Assembly: GCA_000091205.1 (NCBI GenBank)
Contig: AP006494.2
DNA length: 64,000 nucleotides
Strand: one strand, 5' to 3'
From: Cyanidioschyzon merolae
Taxonomy: Eukaryota
The notes beneath the pieces were generated by a model. The model saw nothing but the letters and a program-made list of their open reading frames with translations, was not told where the DNA came from and made no database searches. The translations under genes and the position numbers were made by a program. Below are positions 31,016 to 41,080 of this stretch, piece after piece; the stretch's first letter is position 1; every line of letters begins with the position of its first letter.

Positions 31016-33141
31016 CCAGACTATGCGGTGCGTTTGCTGGTCGATATCGCGAGTGAATGGGGCGCTCGTGATCGCCCCTGTGCTGTGTGCAGTCGTGGAG
31101 GTTGTGCAGAGAGCGACGTAAGCGCAACAACTGGGAGCAGGTAGTCAACGGTGATGATAAACAAGATGAACAAGAAGAAGATAATGATGACGACCATCAT
31201 CATCTACGACCGCGTGCTTTCTTTTGCATCATTTCTCGTCAGCGTCGATGCTGGCTGCTTGGCTTTTCTCGCGAACTATTGTGTGTTACGATGAGGCAAA
31301 GTCGTGCTGTCCTGGTGCGGCGCTAGCAGCATCGTTGCGTCGATCAGGCCTCGATACCTCTGTGGAGCGCATTGTTCTGCGTTTGGTGGAATCTGGACAT
31401 GTATGCGTGTGCGCAGGGAGGCTCTGGACTTTGGATGAAAAACTCCGTGACCACGAGAGGCGGAATGAGATTCTCGCCTGGAGCACCGTACTAGTACTGA
31501 ACGGTTCAGCATTGCTGCAAAGCTGGTGCGCCACATATTGATGTATATTGGAAACGGTCATCGTGGCCGCTCAGTGGCTGATAACCATGTACCATTATTC
31601 GATAGTACTGCGTTTAAAAGAAACGTTTAGTAAATGAGTCTTTTTTTCGATAAACGGTGTCCCTCAAAAGTCGATTGCGTTCCCGAGAGCGTCCAGCTTG
31701 AATCCCTGGACAAGGCCAGCGATCGTCTCCGCGGTATCCAGGTTCACGAGGTACGCGCTGTGCGCCTGCATCATCAGGAGACCACGTTGGGCCTCCTTGG
31801 TTCATCTACATGCCCATATAGCGCTTCAAGAATCCCATCTCCATACGACATCATTGTGTTCGTTTCAAACCTTGTACTTGGGGTAGTTGGCAGCTGCGCG
31901 CGCAAATCGTTCATAGTAACGAGCTGTTCTCCCGAGGCGATCAGCACTTGAACGAGTACTTGTTAACGTCTGTGCTTTTGATGCGGTGCGGTGATTTCGT
32001 CGAGTTTTGCAAGTTGCACTGCGCGTACCGTGCAACGTGTTGTTGGTAACGACCAACAACGTGCTCCGCATCGACGTTGCCCGCAGCTTCTGTTCGCAAG
32101 CGATGCTGACCTGGTACTATCCCTTACTAGGCACACGCACGACCAAGATACTGTTGAAGCCAGACCTCTGCGAGGCGAGCTCGGTGCTGTGCACAAGGCG
32201 GTCGTATCTCGCTGCGGATGGAGCTGTGCAAGAGGAAAAGGCTTAAGCGCCCTTTATCGTTCTTATGAACTCGCAGCGGGCGCTTGGACACCGCTCACCG
32301 GAAGCAGCTCGAGACCAGTTTGGGCCCTGAACGGATACAGGCTCGGTGCATTACACTCGTGACCTTAGCCCGTACTCTTAGGACTGGTGCTGCTCCTGGG
32401 TCACGAACGGTATTCGTTGACAGGCTCGACGCGAGTAGTGCAGCGTTCGCAGACGCTGCGTCCAAGACACAACGAACCCGCTACACCGAGCAGCAGCAAA
32501 CGCACACCTGTAACTTGCGTCAGGGGGCACCGAGGCGCCTGGCACCGAGTGCTGGCATTCGCACAGTCACGTTTCTTGGCACTCCATTGCATTCATAGGC
32601 GAGGGATCCATACGCCATCATGAGCTGTAGAGTGCGTTTACAACTTCAGTATCCATGCACAGCGCCACACCTGCACCGGCCAGAGAGATATAGAGCCATA
32701 CCGCCAAGTAGGCTCTACATAGTTGCAAACCATGGTGACTCGATAGCAAACACGTGGACGTGGCTCCTAGCCAGGCTTTGATTCAACAATGAGCGATCAC
32801 AGCGATATCGTTGAGGTTACGCGCCTCCAGTGACGACCCCGAGTGGTGCACCCGATCTACACGCCGTATCGCTGCCGCTCACGAACAGGATGCCTCTCGA
32901 AAGCTGAGTTCCAACTCATTTGGATGCCGCGCACAAGTCATGATGCCCTTCTTCACGTTTCGATACGTTCAAAGGCTGCATGATACGCGATCTGAACAAA
33001 ACGACTCGATCTTAGCGTGGCTGCGAGCGTCTATTCGTTCTGGACTCGATTGCCTCCCAGCGGACGCGTTCGTTGCTAAAAATGCCAAGTGCAAGCACGG
33101 CTGCGGAGGGTATGCGTAAGCGCCGGACGCTGCGCATGTCA

Positions 33142-34827
33142 CTACATGCGGAGGTCGGTAATAGCGACGGTGCCATTGCTCAATGCAGCTGCGACTTTTG
33201 ATCCGGTTGCATTCCATGCCACCTCGAAGATACCGCCTTGGCAGCGCAGGACTCGAATGAGCTTGCCGCCCTCTCGCAGGCTCCATATCAGCATGTTGCG
33301 ATCGGAGGAACCGGACGCGAGGTACTGGCCACACGGTGAGAATGCAATGGAGAACACGGGCCCAAAGTGACGTGCCAAAGTAAGCGTCGCTTTGGCAGCT
33401 CCGTGCGCAGGCTCCCAGATACGCACTGTGCTGTCGAAAGACGCAGATGCGAGGTAGTGATTGGTGCCCGGGCTCCATCGCACGGTGTAGACCTCTTTGG
33501 TATGGTCAGTGTAGTCCTGAACGAGGTAATCACTACTTGAACTGACATTCTGGCCGTTGGATGTTCTCGACGCAAGCGATACGCTTGTTCCGCTCTGACG
33601 AATAGGTCGCCAGATTTTGACGGTGCAGTCGTCAGAGGCGCTTGCGAGCAGGGTACCCGTCGGGTCCCATTTGATACTATTGACTTCGTCTTGGTGCCCG
33701 CAGAAGACTCGAAGCGGCTTTGGCTCGCCAACGCGCCACACATAAATCATTTTGTCGCTGCCGGATGACGCGAGCGTGTCCTCGCTCTGCCAGTCCACGT
33801 CGAGAACTGGTGCTCGATGAAGCTGTACCTGTTGTTCCATTCGACCAGAGAAAGTGTCCCAAATGGCGACGCTGTGATCCACGCTAGATGTCGCCAGTCG
33901 CTTCCCTGTGGAGTTCCACTTCAACGAAAGGACCGGGCCAACATGAACCGTAAACATTCGTTCCAGTGCGCCCGTGCTGCTCCAGACGCGGGCGGCTCCG
34001 TCGTACGACGCGGTCGCCAGGTGATGACCATCGGACGACCAGTCCAGAGCGGTAACGTCACGGGATGGAGCGCGACGTTGACGCGCATTGCCCGGAGCGA
34101 GCGGCGCTCCACTCGTGCTGTTGACAGTGACCTCATCTGTTCCACTGGACAACGTGGGACTACCCCGTGGTTGACGTTCCTCCGAACTCTGATGACGAAG
34201 CTCGAGCGGCGGCGCGACAGCGGTTCGTCCCGAAGGCCCAGCAGGAACTGCCCAGATACGAGCAGTCGCATCGCCGCTCCCACTTGCGAGCAGGTACTCG
34301 TGGACGGGGTTCCAGGCTATGGCGAAAACTTCCGCAGTGTGCCCGTAAAGAACGGTGACTTCGCTGTCGTGAACGGTGTAAAGTGTCTCGGGCGCTGCTG
34401 CGGTATCGGGACCGGTCGCGCTGCGCCGAGCCGGAGCCTCCACTGCAACCACGTTTCGACGTCGTTTGGGCCTGTTGACCAGCGCCCGATGTACGTCAGC
34501 AAGGTTGACAACTACCGGAGTCCTTGCATCTTTTTTATCCGCAGAACTGACGGTCTCGGGGGCAAGCGCACCGTTTTCCTCGCAGCTTGTGCTACGTTTG
34601 ACGCGCTCTGCGTGCAAGCGCGCAACGTGCGCTTCAATCTCAGCGTAGCTGACGCCTCGCTGCAGAAAACCCAAAAGAGCCCCTGGTGGAACTCCAGTAG
34701 CATCAAAGTCGTTTTCCAGCACAAGCGCCTCGTGACCAAAAGTAAAGGCCGAGTGGGTGTAACCACTCTCCAATAGGTAGCGAAAGACTAGGTAGTTGAC
34801 CTCCTCGGACGTGATAGTGTTCGACAT
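33142..34827 (-). CDS. LisH + WD40 repeat protein, TBL1/TBLR1 (Sif2/HOS15)-like corepressor subunit
   Basis: The N-terminal LisH motif …[26 protein letters not shown]… parallels TBL1 …[26 protein letters not shown]…. Eight WD40 repeats follow (…[15 protein letters not shown]…, …[14 protein letters not shown]…, …[14 protein letters not shown]…, …[14 protein letters not shown]…). The track start 34917 is GTG; the ATG at 34827 falls immediately before the LisH motif. Confidence 0.8.
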   Translation of the reverse strand: [561 protein letters not shown]

Positions 34828-35122
34828 GCCGAGGTGTGCAACCCGGCGTCGGGCGTCCCTGTCCGAGCCCCTCTGCGGATATGAAGCTTGTGCCCCAAAG
34901 AAAGTAGAGTTTTCCACGAAAGTGTTCGAAAGCTTCCCAACAGCAGCTCACAAACGAACGCAGTTGCCTAGCAACAGCAGAGACAGCGGCAGGTGCGCGC
35001 CAGCGAGCAGTTGGGTGCGGGATATATCTGTACAATAAGGACATATCAAATGCAATCATCTGCGGCGCATCCACTGCGACGGATACCGGCTTTCGCCCTG
35101 CAGTTTGGGTTGCGGTGAAGGT

Positions 35123-36469
35123 ATGGACCCAGGCAAGTCCACGGGGGCAACAAGTGGGACGCTTTCAGCCGTGCTTGTTTTGAAGGACGGTACCGACAAG
35201 GTGTTTAACCTGCACGGGTTCCGAGTGTGTGGAGCGCGCAACTGTAAGCAGCTTTTTTGTGGTCGTCTGGGGCGTTGTCCTTTCCACGCTGCGCAGTTTC
35301 TTGCTGCAGACGACTGGCAACGTGACCAGCTGGACTTGAGCGAGCCGCGGGCGGCACAAGGACCAGAAGCTGTTGATGCGGTTGCTGTTGCGCCACGTGA
35401 GCAGCTGGTGTGCCGTTCTGGCGCAACAGCGAGTACAGCGGTCGGAACTCTACGTCAAAGCGACAAAGGCGAGCTCGCCGGTGCCCCCGGGTCCCGGGGC
35501 AGCGCTGCGGAAACATCTGCGCGGCCGACAGTCGGCGAATATAGCTTATCGCAAGGGCGAGGTGCCGACTACTTGTCAGAGGACGCACGTAGGTGCGCGC
35601 TGAAGAGCGGGGCAGCAGTCATTTTGATCGCAGGTGGCAGAGAAGGACGCGAGGAGGAGCTCTGCGGACCGGCGGCGCTGCGCTTCTGGGAAGCGTGGCG
35701 GGCAACGAGCCACGCTGAACCGTCTCTAAAGCGGGCTCGTTTTAAACGAGCATGGAGCTTGCAAGAGCACGCTCGGTTTCTCGAGGCTCTACGCATCTAT
35801 GGTAAGGGGAAATGGAAGGATATCGCCGCGTACGTGGGTACCCGCAGCGCAGCCCAGTGTCAGAGCCACGCGCAAAAGTTTTATGATCGTGCGTTCGTGC
35901 AGCTGGGGTCTCAAACAGATAGCGGTGCTTCGTGCCTCGGAACGACGCTGTGCGCTCCGTCGAGGACCTCTCGCAAACGAAGCATTCACGACATGCGCGA
36001 TCCGCACGCGATCCACCTGGAGCTGGCCCGTCAGCGGCAGGCTCAGCAGCATCGAGCAGAGCGGGATGCTCGGCGGACAGCAGCGCAGCGGAGGAAACTG
36101 CTGGACGCCGAGGCAACCCGCATGGAGGCGCAGCTGCGTTCGCACCTGGACGCATTCGTTAGGGAGCACGCCGAGCAGCTGCCCACGAAAAGAATCGCAT
36201 CAAACATGCGTCGCAGTGTCCAAAAATGTATACAGGACTGGAAACATAAGCATCTAGAGGAGGCATCGGAGACTGCAACCGCCAGAGAGGAGTCGTCTGT
36301 TGTGGATGCTGCCTCTGACGATGAACTCGTTCCGCTCGTTTTCATGGTACCCGAGGAGGCGATGCCAGCAGGTTCTCATGTGGTACTGCTGCGAAAACCG
36401 ATTGTTTTGAAACAAAGCTCCCCGTCTACAAACGTTGCAGCCGAGTCATCGTCGCTGCCGTTTCCCTGA
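35123..36469 (+). CDS. Single Myb/SANT-domain protein of the SHAQKYF class
   Basis: …KRAWSLQEHARFLEALRIYGKGKWKDIAAYVGTRSAAQCQSHAQKFYDR… is a Myb repeat with the diagnostic SHAQK(Y/F)F motif. The track start is TTG 35105; the ATG is at 35123. It is divergent from the TBL1-like gene with ~295 bp between start codons. Confidence 0.75.
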   Translation: MDPGKSTGATSGTLSAVLVLKDGTDKVFNLHGFRVCGARNCKQLFCGRLGRCPFHAAQFLAADDWQRDQLDLSEPRAAQGPEAVDAVAVAPREQLVCRSGATASTAVGTLRQSDKGELAGAPGSRGSAAETSARPTVGEYSLSQGRGADYLSEDARRCALKSGAAVILIAGGREGREEELCGPAALRFWEAWRATSHAEPSLKRARFKRAWSLQEHARFLEALRIYGKGKWKDIAAYVGTRSAAQCQSHAQKFYDRAFVQLGSQTDSGASCLGTTLCAPSRTSRKRSIHDMRDPHAIHLELARQRQAQQHRAERDARRTAAQRRKLLDAEATRMEAQLRSHLDAFVREHAEQLPTKRIASNMRRSVQKCIQDWKHKHLEEASETATAREESSVVDAASDDELVPLVFMVPEEAMPAGSHVVLLRKPIVLKQSSPSTNVAAESSSLPFP

Positions 36470-36877
36470 TTCCGACCATTCGATGTCAGACGGCAAGCGG
36501 CGACAGCCGCGACGCCTATCAGGTCTCGAGCAGGGCGTTGCGGTACCGTGTTCTTGGCGTTGCTGGACAGGATTCGGGGACTCTGGTACCAGCGACGACC
36601 AGCTTGCCCTGGTACGCCCGTGCATCGGCGCGCCAGCGGCAGAGGCGAGATCGCGGGGTGGTGACCGTTCTGTGCCTTGATGTGCTGATTTGTACGTTTT
36701 TGTTGATTAATATTCATAAACGTTACGTCTTGTTCCATGTCGACACCAGCAGAAGCACTCGCCAGCACCGGCACCAGCACTAGCCCTGCGTCCTCGTGCG
36801 CTTTCGAACTTGCACGCGTAACTGTCGCTTCGAACGTGTTCATTTGAAAAACCCGACCCCTGCACCGGTATGACGCC

Positions 36878-38689
36878 ATGCCTCTAGGGCGCACTCGCTC
36901 GGAATCGAGTCCAAACTCGTTGGTCACAGAGAACGAAACCGTTGGAAACCAGCCAGAGGGAAACCGAGGCGGCGTAGCCAGGGTCACGAGGCGAGCGCTG
37001 CGTCGTAGTGCAACGGCCGGCGTTGCGACCAACTCGACCGGGACTGCCGAGTCTGCAAACGCACTCAGCGAGTGCAGCATACCAGGCGAAACGAGCTTCG
37101 AGCACGGGACGCTGCGTGAACCTGGTCAGCGGTCAAGCGACTCCAGCCTGGAGCGTGCGACGCCCACCGCAGCCAGTGACCTTGAGCTCGCCTCGGATAC
37201 GTCTGACGAGAGCGCACTTCGCCGAGAGCGCTCCGAACGACATCGGATACAACGAAGTCATGCCGTTTCTTCTTCTCTAGTGGCTACTGAATACGACGCA
37301 GTGGGTGGCAAGGCCGGAAACACACCACGTTCAACCCTGTCGCCTCAGGCGAGTGCGTCGAGCGTCAGCGACGAGGCTCTGGACGCCGACCTGAGTAAGC
37401 ACGTGGACCTGGGTCGAATTCCGCTGCCGCGAAACTTGCAGCTCATAGCGCAGTCACAAATACTGCATGAGCCGCACCTGGGCTCCATCGTCGACGTGCG
37501 CTATAATGATGAACTTCAGCAGCATGAATACTACATCCATTTCGATGGATGGAATAAACGGCTGGATGAATGGCTAACGATCGAGCATTTCGACCTTTCG
37601 GATTTGTCAGAGCGTCTCAGGGAGCATTATCGTCGCGAGCGAGCATCCCAGGCGAGGCGCCGCTCGCGTTCTAGCGCTACGGCGAGCAGTGGCAAACGTT
37701 TGCGCAAAGCGGAGCATGCCACCGCCGCCGACGTTGCTTCTTCCACTGCTGCTGCTGCTGCTGCTGCCGCTTTGGGTAACGAGTCTCGTGCAGATCAACA
37801 ACAAAAGGCTGCTTCAGGCACTAGTGCTGGCGCAGACCTGCCTGCGGATGTGGTCACTCGGGTGAAAAACCTCCACAGCATCGTCATCGGACGCTGGGAG
37901 ATGGAGACCTGGTACTATTCGCCTCTTCCACCAGAATACCGCAATTTGCGAACACTCTACGTGTGCGAATTCACACTCAAATTCTTCCGTACCCGAGATG
38001 GGCTTGAGCGACATCTCGCACGAAACACGCGATGGTGCCCACCTGGACGGGAGATCTATCGCAAGGACCATCTCGCGGTCTTCGAGGTCGATGGCGCCCG
38101 GAATCATTTCTACTGCCAGAACATCTGCTACATATCCAAGCTGTTCCTGGACCACAAGACCCTCTACTACGACGTGGATCCGTTCCTGTTCTACGTACTA
38201 TGTGAGATTGATGATTGGGGATACCACTTTGTCGGCTATTTCTCCAAAGAAAAGGCCAGCGAGGAGAACTACAACGTTGCCTGCATTCTCACGTTGCCAC
38301 CCTACCAGCGCAAAGGGTACGGCAAATTCCTCATTGCGCTCAGCTATGAACTGAGTCGACGCGAGGGTATCCGTGGTTCGCCCGAGAAACCGCTCAGCGA
38401 CCTCGGATTGCTCGGCTACCGCAGCTACTGGAGTCAGATCCTCATTGATCTACTGATGAAAGCGACTGGTCCGCTGAGCATAGAGGATATTGCCGATCGC
38501 ACAATGATGAAAACCGAAGATATCATTGGCACACTCCGAGCACTGGATCTCGTGCACTACCACGAGGGCCAACACGTCATCGATTTGAGGCGTGTCGAGC
38601 ACATGGATCTCGGTAACCGTGGTATGCCCTTCGATCCTCAGTATCTTCGTTGGTCGCCACCAGTCGAGCGCAAGCGGCGCAAATCATGA
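36878..38689 (+). CDS. MYST-family histone acetyltransferase (Esa1/Tip60/MOF-like) with an N-terminal chromo-barrel
   Basis: Chromo-barrel/tudor-knot …[28 protein letters not shown]…. MYST zinc finger and HAT core …[38 protein letters not shown]…[26 protein letters not shown]…[31 protein letters not shown]…[19 protein letters not shown] is near-identical in pattern to Esa1/KAT5. The ATG is at 36878. Confidence 0.9.
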   Translation: [603 protein letters not shown]

Positions 38690-39287
38690 GTCCTTTCCGA
38701 TTGGTATTCGGCAACGCAGACAGACGGTGTATCGATGATGAGACGGGCGTTTATCGGAAAGTGCGCGGAAGAAGCGCAACACACATACCAGCGACGTGGC
38801 AAGATGATGCCTCGCTGCTGCGCGGGTGTATCGATACCGTTTGGTATGCACCATAGATACCCGCGTGCACTGCACGGCGCCTTTGTTCCGCGAATAAGGC
38901 TCCAGTCTAGACACCGTTCCAAAACGTAAAAAGCTCTGAGCGCCGCATGCTGGTATCACCGCGAATATGCCGGTATCTAGGAGCGTCGCTGCGGTATCGG
39001 CTCGTGTGCAACAATGCCGCAGTGCGGTGGTGTGTTGCCGAGTATCCCCCACTATGAACTGCTCGCATACGACACCTGAAAGCGAAGACCACCAATCCGC
39101 CACAACAGGAAAGCGGGTTCATAGCACAATATACCGAGCTCGGGAGCGGGTCTCAGGCTTGTTCGGTGGCGCCCGCGGTGGTGCGCTTCAGCGTCTCCAT
39201 ACATTCGGAGACAGGGCGACGAACCAGCGACCCCTGGAACCAGCAACAGTCCGCAGATGCACCAAGCGACTGCCCGTTGTTTCCACC

Positions 39288-39737
39288 CTATGCCTGCGTA
39301 TGTCGCTCGAGCTGGCGAAGTCGCCGTCGTCTGGTTTTCAGTAGTGGTGCATACTCTGGTTGCTGGCGCTCCTCGAGCCACGCCGGTTGCCAAACCGCAA
39401 GACTAGCCAGCTCCGTCGTGTCACTGCCAGTGCTGGGCTTATCTGCACCGGAGAGGGAACCTTCTGGCAGCAACTCGCTCAGACGGATCGACTGCAGTAG
39501 CTGCGGATCGAAGGCGGCAAGCGGTACACCAGCGTGTGCCTCCAGCTGCAGCGCAACTTCCAGAAGTGAGCCGGCTCGACAGTGCGGACGGAACGGCAGT
39601 GCCAACACCTCCGTGAGATCTGCAACGTGCCCGAGACACGAACTCGGTAGACGAGCGCGCCTTAGCGTCTCAAATGTCTCCCAGAGTCCGTTCTCTTCGA
39701 GGACACGTGAGCGATCGTCGGTAACGGACCCCGCCAT
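39288..39737 (-). CDS. Hypothetical protein (149 aa), no family recognised
   Basis: Track ORF 39288..39773 (TTG start); the first ATG is at 39737. The composition is protein-like (…LWETFETLRRARLP…). A plus-strand overlapping ORF, 39166..39801, is Ser/Cys-rich and looks like an antisense artifact. Which strand actually codes is uncertain. Confidence 0.35.
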   Translation of the reverse strand: MAGSVTDDRSRVLEENGLWETFETLRRARLPSSCLGHVADLTEVLALPFRPHCRAGSLLEVALQLEAHAGVPLAAFDPQLLQSIRLSELLPEGSLSGADKPSTGSDTTELASLAVWQPAWLEERQQPEYAPLLKTRRRRLRQLERHTQA

Positions 39738-40157
39738 GCTGCTCGACTCGACGTCCGACGCCTTCTCCCGCAAGAGTGTTTCCAGCCAAAACTCAGTTTA
39801 GCTCGATTTCTCTATTTTACCGCACAGTCTGGACGGTTCCGAGCTACTCTACTCGAGTTGTGTAGCGTGAAGAGACGGAAGCGCCGCTTCGGGCCCTGCC
39901 GCCCCAGCCCCGTCAACGCGCTTTCGCACTGGCGTCGATGGAGGCGACGTTGCGCGAGCCGCAGGCACCTTCGACAACGCAGTGCCGCTTCTCCAGCGGT
40001 TGGTTGCAGCGACGACCCCTCTCCTGGTACCGGAACAGCGTCAATCGGGAGCAACTTGCGGACAACGAGGCCAGCTCCTGGCCCTAGTCCATTCAAGGCG
40101 TGCTGCACGCGCTTCTGTCTCGTGCATCTCGTGTGTTGTATAGGACGCTGAGGTGCC

Positions 40158-41043
40158 ATGGCGGAGCCGCTGGCTCTGTTTGCGCTGGATCTGCAGCAGC
40201 CAAGCGCCTTGGTAGCCGCAACCTCAGGTTATTTCACGCAAGAGGAACCAACTGGTACGCGGGACTTGGTGCTGGTCCGCCAGAGTGGGAGCTACGGTGC
40301 GACAATTGAGTGCTGGGCTTATAACGCGGAACTGGGAAAACTACAGCGAGTTCAGGCGACGAGTGCCGCTTTCGCCGAGGCTTCCAACGGGGTCACGTTC
40401 GCGCATATTTGGCACGTTGCTCCGGTACGCAGCTGGAGTGGACCTGATCACTTGCTTGTGGTTTCAGACTCTGGCACGCTGAGCTTGCTGAAATGGTGCG
40501 GCTCGGAGGCCGTATCCGCGGGTAGCATTCGTGCTTCATTGAGGCCGTGGTGCGTCGAGCAGGCTGCTGCCGCTGATGCCGATGTCACATACGACATTGG
40601 CTGGAAATGCGTCAGCAGCGCTGTCTTCAGCAAACCGGGAGCACGAGCGAGTCGCCCCGGTGCTTTCCTAGCAATCGATGAACAAAGTCAAGCCTGTGCA
40701 CTGGCTTCGTTGGACGGATCGATCTGTGCATTTGCGCTTCCGCAGCACACCTCGGAAGCCTCGACTGCATCAAAGGCTGGTCATCGATACTCGGGCAAGA
40801 AACGGAATCCAGCGGGAACCGTACTTTCTCGATCAGCGACGTCTGTGCAGACGAGTCGCGAGAATCCTGTCCGTCGTTCATCTCGACGCCGTAAACGCCC
40901 ACTCGGTGCGGACGCAGCCTCCAGCGTATCGAGTGTGGAAGCTGGGGCGATGCACCCCGGCAGTCAGCGTGCGGCTAGCGACAGGCGTGCCTCGCGTCGA
41001 GACAAGCTGACGGAAGGTACCAGCACCCATTTCACTGATGATA

Positions 41044-41080
<37 letters not shown>

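Noticed and set aside
30497-31144. Three overlapping plus-strand ORFs of 98–215 aa full of MHVCDASMHVC repeats
   Set aside because: They are translations of the 21–22-bp minisatellite upstream of COX5B and not genes.
36376-37080. 234-aa minus-strand ORF overlapping the 5' end of the MYST gene
   Set aside because: It lies antisense to a confidently identified gene and to its promoter. It has low-complexity composition and no homology, which is typical of a GC-rich antisense shadow ORF.
39166-39801. 211-aa plus-strand Ser/Cys-rich ORF opposite the 149-aa hypothetical
   Set aside because: Its composition is not protein-like. I kept the minus-strand ORF as the more plausible gene, but at low confidence, since neither has homology.
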